Source: Octopus vulgaris
Taxonomy: Eukaryota
Assembly (NCBI GenBank): GCA_951406725.2
Contig: OX597818.1
Coordinates: 108,128,001-108,192,000, forward strand
Length of the DNA: 64,000 bases
Direction: 5' to 3'
The position numbers and the translations under genes are program-made. The notes under the pieces are model-generated. The model did not search any database and was not told where the DNA came from. It saw only the letters and a list, made by a program, of their open reading frames with translations. Shown here piece after piece: positions 38,200 to 52,338 of this stretch (positions are counted from its first letter, which is position 1; each line of letters starts with the position of its first letter).

Positions 38200-38600
38200 T
38201 TAAACAGAGACATACTATCATAGTTGGGGGCAAGTCTGATCTTTGGAACCCATAGTAACTACTCTAAGCAGGTTTACGCCTAAATGAACCTCCTCAGCAA
38301 AGCATAATCCACTCAATGCTTCCCAAGTTATCAGAATGACTGACAGAAGTTATGCTTTGTGTGATGAACATTCACTGATTTGATAAATTAAAGACATTGG
38401 ATGAGTTCCCAAGATTGCCTTCAGTATGAAGAACATACAGTTAAGTGCAGACTAACATACCAAACCTGCTAAGCTGAAAGCAATTTTTAATCAGTTGATA
38501 TTTATAACTTAAGAAGGAAACTTAGTCATCTCTTTACATTTGATTACAAGAAGTCTGTTTGATATTTGAACCAGTGACAACACATTTCTATAAAGAGGTT
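38200..38600 (-). pseudogene. Possible eroded PLE RT fragment
   Basis: Minus strand: LLVIK, then VTMGSK..APNY (like G.AMGTK.APNYANL), frameshifted. Confidence 0.3.
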
Positions 38601-39550
38601 GAAAACAAACATTGTTATAACAATATCTTAAATGTGTTTCAGGAGTTATTATGAATTTCTTATTGTGGAGGCAGTGAGCTTGCAAAATTATTAACATGAA
38701 GGGGGAAATGCTTAGCATTTTTGTTTGGCAGTTTTTACATCCTAAGTTCAAATTCCACTGAGGTTGACTTTGCCTTTCATCTTTTCAAGGCCTATAAAAC
38801 AAGTACCAGTAGAGCACTGGGGGTTGGGCCTTGGACCTAAATTTGAAATTATTATTAATTTCTTTTTGTGGACAATTTTGATTTTTCGTTGAATCAATTT
38901 GAATATATGACTTATTGCCATTTTCTGGAATTAGAAGGGTGGAAAGAAAAGCGTTGGCTCTCTTAGAACTTAGAGGAATGCAAGGGGAAGAGCTGAATGC
39001 TTTAAATTATTTTGCCTGTTACTTTACAGTTTCCACCAAGATGTCTTGCTAAAAATCTCAGAAATTATTCTCCACAACATTAACAAGCAATTAATGATTG
39101 CTGTTATTCTTAAACTCCAAGTTAATTCTGAATGAGAAAACTTATGGTCAAAAACTGATCAAACCATCTGTTAAGGTTCAAACCTCATGTATCTTTCTCT
39201 TCAGATCATAAGGTAAAATTTGAGATAGCATGGAAGCTATTTCTAGCCAGTCAAATGACCACCTATAGGCTCTCTGATCAGCTCTTTAAATAACTGATAT
39301 GTCGGATTGCTAATTATGAATGCAAAAAATGCATTTTATCCTGATGACTGGATTAGTTTCAATTAACAATGAAGAAGTCTGTCTATTGTTACGTTTTTGT
39401 CTTGTTGATATTCTTAAGTTTATCGCAACTCCCAGAATGTTAACTTGTTAATTCCTCATAATTACCAAATTGTATTTTGTTAGGAAAAGAAATGTTTCAT
39501 GGAACAAGCAGGCTTGAGTGAGAGATTTTATATAGATGGTAAGTATCATT

Positions 39551-39752
39551 TGCACTGGTGCTGGTGTCACTAAGAAGCACCCAGTGAAGCACTCTGTGAA
39601 CTGGTTGGTGTCAGGAAGGGCATCCAACCATAGCAACCATACCAAAACAGACAATGGAGCCTGGCATGGCTCCCACCCTTTCTCAGCTCCTGTCAAACTG
39701 TTCAACTCATGCCAGCATGGAAAATAGATGTGAAATGATGATGATGATGATG
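39551..39752 (+). mobile_element. SINE family C (3' part)
   Basis: Diverged tail plus (GAT)n. Confidence 0.75.
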
Positions 39753-40514
39753 TAATTTTTAAATATATGCAATCTTCAACCACAAATCTATATAACAAAT
39801 TCAATAGATGTCAAATACTGAAATCTTTAATATGTAAAATTCAATATTTTTCATGTTAACTATTGAACTTAAGCGCCACACTGAAGTCTCACAATTAATC
39901 AACAGATGTCCATAGAAATCTAAAAATGCGTCTTACATAAGTTTTAAATTATATTTTCTGAATTTTATTTTTATCAGATTTGTTGTTCAAATGCATTTTA
40001 TTCTATTTAAAGACATATTTTAAGACATTTTAAAAGCTACAGGATTTTTTGACTAAACTGTATAATGCTTACTTGCAAGAAAAGATTTCCAGGTGTAAAT
40101 CTTCAGCTACAAATGCTAAAAATGGTCCTCAATTATTGAGTAATAAAAACTGATTTAACTTGTTGTGCTGTTTGGGTTAATGTCAAATGTGCAGTTAATT
40201 TAGAAATACAGATCCAAAATGGTCAATGTATTGTGAAGCTTACCAATTTGATATGGCAGTCAGAATGTAGAAAATAAATGAATGGACACAAATTCTTGTT
40301 AAATTCTCTTCTGTTCTCAATTGAATCAATGAACACAATTTAAAAGATTGATTTAAACATGAATAGAATTTCGCCATTAATTCAAGAGTATTATGGTTCC
40401 AGTGAATGTTTGATCGTTATAAACAAATTCAGCAACTACAATATATAACCGTTAATTATATCCTTTTGAATTCGTAACACTTTATGATAAATCTAAATTA
40501 TTTGCAAGATGTAA

Positions 40515-40640
40515 ATAGAGATTGGAATAGAATTGAAATAGAGATTGAAGCAGAATTCAAATAGAATAGAATTGAAATAGAATTGAAATTGAATTGAAAT
40601 AGAATTGAAATAAAATTCAAATAGAGATTGAAATAGAATT
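40515..40640. repeat. (GAATTGAAATA)-type minisatellite
   Basis: Direct reading. Confidence 0.85.
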
Positions 40641-40642
40641 TT

Positions 40643-41025
40643 CCATGCCAGTGGCATGTAAAAAGCACCATTTGAGTGTGATTGTTAACAGCGTTGCCTT
40701 ATTGGCACTTGTGTCAGTGGCATGTGAAAAAAACATTCGAGCGAGGTCATTGCCAGTGCCGCTGGACTGGCACCTGTGCAGGTGGCACATAAAAAGCACC
40801 ATTTTAGTGTGGCCGTTGCCAGTACCGCCTGGCTGGCCCCCATGCCGGTGGCACGTTAAAGCACCCACTACACTCTCGGAGTGGTTGGTGTTAGGAAGGG
40901 TATCCAGCTGTAGAAACTCTGCCAGATCAAGATTAAAGTCTGGTGCAACCATCTGGTTTGCCAGTCCTCAGTCAAATCGTCCAACCCATGGAAAGCAGAC
41001 GTTAAACAATGATGATGATGATGAT
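40643..41025 (+). mobile_element. SINE family C with 15-bp TSD
   Basis: GATTGAAATAGAATT at 40626-40640 and 41023-41037. Confidence 0.85.
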
Positions 41026-42459
41026 TGAAATAGAATTGTTTGGGTAATTTATGATGTTTTTGTTCAATGTTCAAGTGTCCTGAGTTTCATTCTTGCTGGA
41101 GAAGATAGAATATCGTCCTCAGGCCTAGGTTTGAAAGTATTTCAGAAAAGACTGTGAAGTCAATCCTCCTAAATGGCAGAACATCATTGGCTCTGCCTGC
41201 AACTAAATATCTAGGGAGTGTCAGTGGTGACATTACCTTGTCTTACTGGAATGTAAGCATAAAGTCTGTATAGCTGACAATCTAAGCCCATTAATATTCC
41301 TCATGAACAGCCACTTCAGCCATCTTTGACAGCATTTTGTAAGCATTTCCCTTTCCCTGGAGAGAGTTATGACAGGTTATCAAGGTAGACATTAAAGTTT
41401 ATCATTTCCCCCAAACAATTGAGTGGAAAGCAACACACATCTACCTAGAATCAAGGAGTACCTGTATGTCCTGCTCTTTTAAGTCTGTTACGGTTATCTC
41501 TACAGACTTTGCTATAGAAATCATAGCCAGCACTGATTTTTGTTATGATGTTTTATGTCTGAGACACCTGAGATCAAAGATACAAAATGGGTACTGGGTT
41601 TATATGCCATACTTCAGGAGATTCTTGCTCTTTCATCAGCACCCATCCAACCCCAAATCATCCACGAATCAGTGCTGGCTATAATTTTTTAAGAAAATCT
41701 GTGAAGATAACCTTAACAAGTGATGTAGTAGCACTGCTAACACAGTAGAACTCAGGTGAGATATTCATTGATTCCTCGATTGACACAATCCTAGGCATTG
41801 TCATTAGCACAGATGCAATCAACTTCTTCATCTTCAAGCTAAGAATCTGCCCTTTTATCATCATTTCTCACTATATTTCATTTCTGTCAGAACTTATGCC
41901 TGGATCACACAAAACAACATGACTCATAAGATTCTGAAGCATTCTACTTGCTGGATTTTCTGTTATTTTAAACTCATCTACTCACAACGTTTGTATTGTT
42001 AGTGTGGTGTGTGGGTATACGGGTGGGTATGTTTGTGTGAGTGTGTCTATGTGTCTTGCATTTGTCGGGGAGGTGTGTGTCATTGTGTGTGTGCATGTTT
42101 GTGTGTGTGTATGTGTGTATGTCTATGTGTTTGTGAGTGTTTGTTGGGATTGTATTGTGTGTATATGTGTGTGGCTTTTCTTTTGAGTGTGTGTGATTTT
42201 TTACTGGAGAACAGGCATATTGTGTTTATGTGTGAATACTTTCTTGAATACTTTCTCATAAACTGTTTTTAACATTTTCTTATCATTATTAAAGAATGTA
42301 TAACTGTATGTTGATAGTTTTGTGACAACCAATACTTAACGCAACAAAGCTTATACAAAGCTTTACATTTTACTTTTGACAATCTTTTTCTAAAAAAACT
42401 GAAACTGGTCAAGTGAATAAACATCTTTAAAATTGCATTTTCAAACCTTTCATATATGT

Positions 42460-42501
<42 letters not shown>

Positions 42502-44368
42502 TGTATGTATGTATATGTATTTGTATATATGTAGAGTGTTTGAAGTGGCGTAAAGATATTGTATATTAAAAAAAAGAAGTCAGAATTTTGAATACATGCA
42601 CATATTTATTATATGTATATATTTATAAGAACTGGATTCAATTCATTTGGCTAAATCTTTTCAAAGCTGTGCCCCAGCATGGTCACAGTCTGATGACTGA
42701 AACAAGCAAAAGCTAAAAGCTCTTAAGTAAAACCTTGTTTTACCCCAGAACACAAGAACCTGTGAGAGACTGGAAGAAGTTCTTAACTTCACGTTCACCA
42801 TATTAGTGATCATAACTCATAGACTGAAACCTCAACAACTACCCTTAACACAATCAATACCAGTAATTATATACAAGGCAGTTGTGTGAGCAAGAGATTC
42901 TTGAACGAGCATCAATGTTATCATTACTCGGTGTCTAAAACAATGCAGTAACAACAACAAGAACAACGACAACAACAACAACCACATGTTGTTATGTCTT
43001 GTATTTGTTGAGCCATTCTAGTTTTAAACAAGATTTATGTCATTATGTGATAACTTTAAAAATACTTGGCAGGAAAAATTGTTTTCAAAGAAATCATACG
43101 AAGATTTCTTATTATGATGACTGTTACCTGGTTCAAAGGTAGATTTAGCATTATCTCTCCCCACCTATCACTCTCTCTTCTCTCTCTCTCTCTCTCTCTT
43201 TCCCTTTTGTTTTATATTTTCCTTGTGCTTGTGTGTGTTTGTCTTGGTTCTATTGTCTTTTGTCCCCTAACAAGATTTTTAAAGCTAATAAATTGCTTAA
43301 TAATGCAGTTCTGTTGTGCTTTTGAAACACGGGTTGGAATTATCTTGGTACGAAAGCATTGAATTGCAAATCAGATTCACTCTGCACATAGGAAAAGTCG
43401 TAAGAAGATTTGCTGTATATAAGTAAAGCTGGTGGGATTATGTTTTCTGTCTGTTCATGTAAACCAAACTTATGCATTCAAGCAAGAGATGCTTAAAACT
43501 CAACAGACATAAAAACATTGAACCGATTCTGAAGCTGGATGCCAAAATGGCAACATGAAAGAGGAAGCATGTTGAGGTAAAAGATTCCTAGAGGCAGATG
43601 GAGAGGTTGTAAAAATGAGTGAAAAGATAAAAGAATCGTTGTACTGACAATGTTGGGAAATGATAACTATTTGATAATGACGGAATTGGTATTGAAGTTG
43701 AATGTTAAGAGAAAATAGAATCCTGTCTGCAGACCTGCTGCTGCTGCTGATGATGATGGGTTGCTTAATGAACAAGTAGGAACTCTAAAGAAAATGGATT
43801 TTTGTCTTTTTATTGTCGATACAGTTGGTGAGATTATGTGAGGAGCTTCTAGAAAATATAAAAGGCTGCAAAACTAAAACAAATCCAATATTTTGGGTGC
43901 TTCTCTTACTATTATCACATACGGCTTAGTTTTTCTTGTTTTATTTTATTTATTTATTTTTTGCTAGTTTTATATATATTTTGTTTCTTTCCTTCAATGA
44001 ATGATTCCTGCTAATATCATTATACTTTTCTTTTGTTTTCTTCATCGTCTGATTTGGATTTTTATTGATTATTATGGTGACCCTCCATCAATAACTTTTT
44101 ACTGAACATTCTAGAAACAAAATTGTAATTCACTCATCAGTGAGTGAATTCATGATTTTCAAGTTTAACAAATGCCATGCACCAAACTCTCTGCTTTTGG
44201 GTAATTTTTCTACAACATTCAAATTGAACTGATGAATGCCACCTTCTTTGGCCTCTTTGGCCTCTCAAGGCATTGGTGCCCTTGAAAATACATGTCTCAA
44301 GTGCCACACACTGGAATCAAATCTTGAACCGTGTGGTTGTCAAGGGAACTATGCACTGAACACAACCT

Positions 44369-44401
<33 letters not shown>

Positions 44402-45921
44402 CGATGACGATGATGATTTTGAACACTGTAACTTCAGATCCATGCTGAACACTTAAATCCGTGAGCCAGTTCCACCTTAGTCTCATTAGCCTTTGTTTTA
44501 AGAAATTCCCCAGACAAAAGTCTTATCATTTTAGCTACATGTGATTTTAATTTTAGCAGCTCTGTTCCAAGCAATAATCTTCAGCTACTAAAAATAATCA
44601 GAATTTATTCGAATTTTTCTTAGATTTTAATCAATTAGTTTAAATTAGTGTAGAATGTCACATGATTAATTAAATGCGAAATTTTGTTAGCGGATTTTGT
44701 GATACAGATTTCATTTTGTGCATCTGCAGTACAGGTTTGGTTTCTGGCTGAACTAAGGATTCTCATTGGAAAAAGACATAATAGAATCTTTAAGGGTAAT
44801 GTTCCTTTGACTCACACGATAAAGGTTTATAGCATGTATTGTTCAATACTGTCAAAGTCAGTTAAAGATCTTTGCAACTTTCACACTGGTAAAAAATGCC
44901 AAAGTGCTTGAGGTTTTTTTTTTTAAGTCTGAGAGCATGAATGGTCTTGTATCTGAAGAAGAACATAGTAAGTAATAGTGAGAATAATGCAAGGATTTGA
45001 ATCAAAGGTAGGGTTTAGTTGGAATGAATGACTGATTACATAGCATGATGCTGTGCATGGAAAAAAAAAAAGAAAGAAGGAAAAAAGAAAAAAAGGGGTT
45101 GGTTAGAAGTAGGCAGGTGAAGGATGGAGTACAGTATGCTGGTTCTTGTTTCATTGAACCCAGAGGGAGGGAAAAGAAAAGAAATATGATACAAGATGCT
45201 GTACAGAATTTAATGTAGCCCTCAACCAATCCTGCCAACCTGCAACTTTCATATGAATAATGGTGATTGCATCATCTATGAATGCTGTTATTAAAGTATA
45301 TAAGGCATAAACTTAGATGCATCCTGAATATAAACTACTTGTGTAGATAGATCAGAGATTCAGAGCCTGCACAGGTGTACTTGACAGATATAGCCCTAAA
45401 GTTTTAATTCATATTCAAAAAAAGCCTGCTGGATGCATGTTAAAAAGATAGACATAGTTTGTAGGTTTTTACAAAGAAGCTGACTTGATTTAGATAGAGT
45501 CAACGGATGTTTATTAGAGATAAAGGCTATAAATGCCAGTCTAGCAGTAATAAACTATGAATTACGTTTATTTAAACATTGCCATGTAATTACATTTCCT
45601 CATCGCAAACAGCTTTTAGTTGCTGTGAATAACAATGTTGTGTAATTGTCAATGTTCAGTATGATCTGCTGGGTGTCAAATGGAAAGATATGATCCGTAG
45701 GTGTCAACTTGACACACTTGATCTGTTGATGTCAAATATATTGACATAGTGTGGTTAGTGTCAATGAAGTGTCAAGATTTGTTGGTGACAACTAACCAGA
45801 TATAATTTATTTGTATCAATCAGGTGGTTCTGATCTCTTTGCGGCCAAAGCAGAGACATTGTTATGCACTGATTTCAATTGAAGACATATTATCTGTTGC
45901 TGCCAGCTGGACAGAGGTGAT

Positions 45922-46352
45922 TTATTAACATCACCCTTTGAACATTGGGCCTCACTGAGGCAATGACTAGTGATCGAGACCTTTGGAGATATGCTGTGCT
46001 TGAGAAGACCCAGCAAGCCAAGTGAGACCACAGCAGTGACCTATGCCAGTAGTGTATAACCAGCCCACTGTTGAGGCAAGTGAAATCAAAATCACTGATG
46101 TGGCCGATGACAATACCGCCTCCTTGGCACTCATGCCAGTGGAACATTAAAAGCACCATCCGAGCTTGATCATTGCCAGGGACATTGACTGGCTCCAGTG
46201 CTGGGGACACATAAAAAGCACTATTTGAGCGTGATCGTTGCCAACGTCACCTTATTGGCACATGTGCTGGTGGCACATGGAAAACAACATTCGAGTGTGG
46301 TTGTTGCCAGTGCCACCGGACTGGTTGCCATGCAGGTGGCATGCAAAAAACA
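45922..46352 (+). mobile_element. SINE family C, 5'/subrepeat portion
   Basis: GGTGGCAC.TAAAAAGCACC modules; abuts the mariner. Confidence 0.7.
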
Positions 46353-46354
46353 CC

Positions 46355-47296
46355 TTTCCTATTCAAACTGCTCCAACCTTTGGAATATCATCCTCGCAGT
46401 ATGTGGCTGAGCATAATCCTGATGGAAGAACACCTTTTGTTTTGAAATCAAAGACAGCCACCTTTCTTTTAGTACTGACTTGAATGACTAGTTGAATGAC
46501 CAAATCCAAGCTTTGCTGCTAGTTCCTCAACAGTTACAATGGAATTTCGTTCCACCAGGGTTTTCAGGACGTCCTTATTGAGCTCTACAGATCTTCCAGG
46601 ACGAGGCTCATCTTCAAAGCTGTAGTTTCCAGCTTGGAATTTCTGGAACCACTGCTGACACAGGCTTACACTTATTGTCCGATCCCCATATACTGCATTA
46701 ATATTCTCCACACTTTCCATTGTGTTATTGCCTTTATTGAACTCATAAAGCAAAATATGCCGAATGTGCGCCCCTGTCACTTTCACTGAGGGGGAAGAGA
46801 CCTCCTTTGGTCATGAATGACCATTGGATTGCACCTAGAAAGTTACCCTCCCAGGCACAAGTCTGGGCAAGGTTGTTTATGGAAGGCCAACAGTCGCCCA
46901 TGCATACCAGCCTCCTTTCTCCACACCACTGAAGTTATCCAAGAGTCAAGCTGCATTGGCAAAGGGCAATACAGCTTGGAACCAGTAATGTTGCAACTCA
47001 TTTCTACAGCTGAGTTAACTGGAGCAACATGAAATAAAGTGTCTTGCTCAAGATCACCACATACAACCCAGTCCGGGAATCAAACTCACAACCTCACAAT
47101 TGTAAGCTCGATGCTCTAACCACTGAGCCATGTGACTTCACTTTCATTACAGCTTTGAAAAAATAACTGTTAAAAGAATAAGGATAAAATTACTACCTGC
47201 TTTTATAGCAAGTTGACGCAGGTAGTTTATCCCATCTCCCTCCAACTTTTAGTTCATGCAATTGAAAAAACTCATTATTTATGGGATAACCCAATA
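46355..47296 (-). mobile_element. Mariner (same family as 34111-35440), deleted and SINE-interrupted
   Basis: ORF 46469-46786 HIRHILLYEF..WFQKF..EDEPRPGR; FHQDYAQPH; TIR TATTGGGTTATCCCATA at the right end. Confidence 0.85.
46787..47141 (-). mobile_element. SINE family D nested in mariner
   Basis: tRNA-like head at the right end; TSD TCACTTTCA at 46777-46785 and 47138-47146. Confidence 0.85.
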
Positions 47297-48149
47297 TATA
47301 ATATTTAGCCCACATTGTCTAGATTTTAAAAATATTGGCATTTAAACTTAATATATTACTGATTTGATTTCTTTAAATATTTCATTCAAAGAACTGAGGC
47401 CATGTCATGGTTCCAATAACTGTCTGCTGCCATTTATTTTATCAACCCTGGTGGGAGCTGAAGGCAAAGCAGAGAGCAAAGCAACTGAGACCAGTTTCAG
47501 ATATGACTATATTTTCATTTAATACATCAATCATTGCATTTACACACACACACACGTACACACGTACACATACACATACACACATACACACACTCACACA
47601 TTCACACACATACACATACACATACACATACACATTCACATACATATTTATATACATCTGAAAAGCTTTCGTATAATTTGCTTACCATATTCCTGCTCCA
47701 TAGCTTTGGCTCACCTGAAACAAATTAGAGAAGAGATTCAGTTAAAATGTCTTACAGTAAGATCGAACCCAGAACTATTTATTTTATAAAATGAACTTCT
47801 TAGCTGCACAGCCATGTCTCTTCTGATATTTATTTCATGATACATTTTTGATTCTGCACAACAATAAAAACATGTATTTGGCTGTGATTATAGCTTGAAC
47901 TTCGTACCATGGAGTCTTCTCATTGACCTCCTGCCATTGAGCTGTCATCTCTTTTGTTAATATCTTTCTGCTCATAAAATTCACAACAAACAAAAATGGT
48001 ATTTTGTAAAGTTGGTAGAGAACTGACGAACATAGAACTCTATGGAAAAATGCATTTGAAAAGTACAAAACTTTATCTGACATGGATATTTGTTCATCCC
48101 ACACTTTGATTTATACCTCATATCCGCAAATGTCTGCTCATACATACAC

Positions 48150-48492
48150 ATATATGCATACAAACACATTATTTGTATATATATATATATATATATATAC
48201 ATGCACACACTTACACACAAACATATATGTATACAAACACATTATTTGTGTACATATATATACATGCACACACTCACACACACACACACACACATATATG
48301 CATACAAACACATTATTCGTGTACATATATATACATGCACACACTCACACACACACACACATATGCGTACAAACACATTATTCGTGTACATATATATACA
48401 TGCACACACTCACACACACACATATGCGTACAAACATATTATTCGTGTACATATATATACATGCACACACTCACACACACATATATATGCAT
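48150..48492. repeat. ~60-70-bp minisatellite (about 5 units) with embedded (TA)n/(CA)n
   Basis: Unit ATATGCRTACAAACACATTATTYGTGTACATATATATACATGCACACACTCAC(AC)n. Confidence 0.9.
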
Positions 48493-49238
48493 ATGCCTGC
48501 TAGTCTTTTCATTCACTATGCTTTGATGTGTACAGTTTCCCTTTGTCGTCTCACTCACTCTCACTCGCTCACTCTCATCCTCTCTCAATCATGTTAATCA
48601 AAACTCAGAGGATTCGGAAACTTTTGTGTTGCCAGTTCGCTATTGTTTTAGAACAGGCTTTTGTTTTCTGTTCACCGTAACATTTGATCTTTTCCCAGCG
48701 TCTGATACCTCTTAGAGAAGACTGAATTTTACTAAAATCTGGGCACCAATAAATAACTAAATCAATAAAAATCAGGAATGGTAACAATAAGACAATAAGT
48801 TTTATGTAAAGACAAGATTTAAAAATACATAGAACACAAGCAACAACAACACCAACAACAAAAACGACAACAACAGCAACAGCAACATTGTGGAACTCGT
48901 CAGTAACAAAATTCTACTTTTATTACCATAGTTAATGCCATTATTTGATATCATTGCTATAAGGATAGGGAATGGCACAGAATTAGAAAAGTGCCAGAAA
49001 ATAGATTTAATTTCTCTGGTTTTCTGCCACGTCTGGGTTCACATCTCACCAAGGCTAACTTTGTCTTTCTTCGTCTTTATTCTCGATAAAATACTAGTGA
49101 GATACTGAGGTTGAAATAACCAACTTTGTCGCCGTTTATCAGAATGAATGAAGAGGTGTCCAGGTCACTCTTGATTGATGTTGTAAGCTGTGAGGGTAGG
49201 AAAGGGGTGGATAAATTTTTGCATTTAATTTATTTAGA

Positions 49239-49269
<31 letters not shown>

Positions 49270-49513
49270 TTAGGGATAACCACTAGGTGGATAACCAATA
49301 TGCTAGAAGATCACATACGATCTAACTACAAAGAAAAGAATGTTCTCTAGAGAAATTCAGCAAACACCAGAACATAAGCGGGTAAGACAGAGGAAAATAT
49401 ATAAAAATCAAGAATTAATCATAGACTGGTAGACATGTATTGCAAATTTTTCTGATTTTTCAGATTTTTCTAAATGCTAGGCTACTGGTTTTAAATTGAT
49501 ATTAATTAAATTA

Positions 49514-50792
49514 CGAGGGGCGTTCAATAAGTAATGCCCCTGACCCATTTGCAGTTGTTTGATCTAGCTGAATGTGCAATCATTTATATCTCTATAGAGT
49601 AAGTGGCAAATTACAGCTCTGAATTAATTGTGGTTTCTGATTTACAGGTGTTTGAACCGAGTCAAGTGTGAAATGGAGCCTGTTGAGTGTCGAGCAGTGA
49701 TCCGGTTTTTGTATTTGAAAGGACGCACACCACGGGAGACTTTTGATGAAATGAAAGTAACTTATGGTGATGATGCCCCATCATATGACCTTGTAAAACG
49801 CTGGGATCGTGAATTCAAACATGGTCGGAACTCTGTGGAAACAGCTCCCAGATCTGGTCGCCCCCTTCTGCCATTGATGAGGCATCGTCAAGTTGAGGCT
49901 GCCATTTTGGAAGATCGACGCATAATTATTCGCCAAATAGCCCATGAGGTCAAGATTAGTACCGGGTCTGTGGAAACTATCATTCATGACCATTTGCATA
50001 TGCAAAAGGTGTCTGCCAGATGGATTCCCAGGTTGCTCACGCCTTTCCAGAAGCAAGAACGTGTCGAGTGCTCGAGGATGAATTTGGAGATGTGCCAAGA
50101 AGATGAGTCAAAATTTTTCAAAAGACTGATTACACAGGATGAAACCTGGGTCCATCACTATGATCCAGAGACCAAAGCCCAGTCAATGCAGTGGAAGCAC
50201 CATGGCTCACCTCCTCCAAAGAAGGCAAGGGTGCAGCCCTCCGCTGGCAAGGTCATGCTCATAGTCTTCTGGGATCAGGACAGAGTAGTGATGACAGATT
50301 TCCTGGCAAAGGGTACCACAATTACAGGAGACTATTATGCTTCACTTTTGAGGAAATTAAGAGAAGTTATCAAAATCAAGAGGCGGGGCAAGATCAGCAA
50401 AGGCATCCTCCTCCTGCAGGACAACGCTCCGGTCCACAACTCGCTTGTCGCCAGATCAGAAGCACAGGCGTATGGCTATGAACTCCTCCCCCATCCCCCT
50501 ACTTTCCTGACCTTGCACCCTCTGGTTTTCACCTCTTCCCAGTCATGAAGTTGTTTGTTGAAAGGAAAGCGTTTCCCAGATGATGCAGCCTTGATTTCTG
50601 AAGTCACGTTCAGGTTGGAGGACCAAGCTGGGGTCTTCTACAAAAACGGTCTCCAGAGCTGCACCAAACGATGGTAGAAATGCGTAACTCTGGGTGGTTC
50701 CTATGTAGAAAAATACTAATAACTGTTCCAAGTTTCGTTGCTCTACTGCTATGGGAAGTGGGTCAGGGGCATTACTTATTGAACGCCCCTCG
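49514..50792 (+). mobile_element. Full-length mariner (DD34D), perfect 34-bp TIRs, TA TSD
   Basis: TIR CGAGGGGCGTTCAATAAGTAATGCCCCTGACCCA at 49514-49547, inverted at 50759-50792. Confidence 0.97.
49673..50719 (+). pseudogene. Mariner transposase pseudogene
   Basis: WIPRLL, ITQDETWVHHYDPE, SAGKVM, LLQDNAPVH; frameshift at ~50498 in PHPPYSPDLAP; third Asp codon reads GGT; in-frame TAG near 50675. Confidence 0.92.
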
Positions 50793-50889
50793 TAACATTC
50801 AATTTATCACTTCACTCTGTATTGTAACTATAACTATTACTTAAACATTTTCTTGCATATATATATATGTGTGTGTGTGTGTGTGAGTG

Positions 50890-51052
50890 TGGTGGACCTT
50901 CACACAGTTTCTTTGTCTTCCAAATTAGTAAGCATTGGTCAACCTAAAGCTAAAGTAGAAGTTACTCGCCAATGTACTGTACAGAGGGATTGAACCCCAA
51001 TCTACACAGGTGCCAAGTGAACTTCCTTACCACACAGCCACATCTGTGCCTA
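50890..51052 (-). mobile_element. Old SINE family A head fragment
   Basis: CTTACCACACAGCCACATCTGTGCC end; diverged. Confidence 0.6.
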
Positions 51053-51469
51053 TGTCAAATAAAAACGAAGTTATTACTTTTTATATTATTGGTTTTAAGG
51101 TCAAACTGGGAGAAAATGCTTAACAGAATTTCTTGAGACTTTTTACTCTCTGAGTTCAAATTCCACCCAGGTCTACTTTACAATTTGTTCTTTCTGGGTC
51201 AATAAAACAATTAGCAGTCGAGTACTTAGGCAACGTAACTGGCTTGACCCCTCCCCTCAAAATGACTGGCTTTGTCAAAATGGAAAAGAATTATTATTAT
51301 TGCTCTTGACATTTGCGTAGCAAACTGGCAGAACCATTACCAAACAAAGCATTCAATCTCATGTCTTCTGGTTCTTTATATTCTAAGTTCAAATACTGTC
51401 AAGGTTCCATTGTTTTGATTGGCCAAAATTTGAAAGAATAATTATTATTCACAGAGGCAAAGTGGTTGC

Positions 51470-51987
51470 GCTGGTGGCACGTGAAAAGCTTCCTTTGAGT
51501 GTTGGGTCTCATGGAGGTAATGACCGAGACCTTTGGCATTATGTCATGCTTGAGAAGACCCTAGCTGTGATACCAGTGCCGGTGGCACATAAAAGAATCA
51601 TCCGAACGTAGCCATTGCCAGTGCCGCCCCGACTGGCTCCCGTGCCGGTGGCACATAAAAAGCACCATCTGTTCGTGGTCGTTACCAGCCTCGCCTGGCA
51701 TGTAAAAAGCACCCACTACACTCTCGGAGTGGTTGGCGTTAGGAAGGGCCAGTCATGGCAGATACCAGTGTCACACAAATGACACCCATGCCGGTGGCAC
51801 GTAAAAGCACCCATTACACTCTCAGAGTGGTTGGCATTAGGAAGGACATTCAGCCATAGAAAGCCATTCCAAAACAGACTGTAGTCTGGTGCGGCCTTAG
51901 AGCTTACCAGCCCTGGTCAAACCATCCAACCCATGCCAGCATGGACAACGGACGCTAAATGATGATGATGATGATTATGATGATGAC
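51470..51987 (+). mobile_element. SINE family C, composite with duplicated modules
   Basis: Two GCACCCAYTACACTCTC.GAGTGGTTGGC blocks; (GAT)n tail. Confidence 0.8.
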
Positions 51988-52293
51988 TGTTGGGAATGTC
52001 ACTTTCAGCATTAGCTCTGTAAAATCTTTGAATTTTTCATGTTTTTCACCTGAATTGAGTTGTGTTCAGCTTAAAATGTTTGTCACCTCCTCAGAGGGAT
52101 GCACTTTTCTCCTCTTCTTTTTCCACTTTTCTCAATCTCCACACATCAGGAGTGCTTTGCTGAATTTTAAATTTGATTTCACAGAACCGTCAGTTTTTCT
52201 TGAAAAAAAGAAACATGAATCCCTTTGGAGAAATAATAATATTCACCAGGGACAAATATAACACAACAGGGAAAGAGTGTTCTATTGAAAGGG

Positions 52294-52338
<45 letters not shown>

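Noticed and set aside
42688-42705. CTGATGA CT GAAAC
   Set aside because: No stem II; it is the SINE family A tail (GTCAAATGACTGAAAC)
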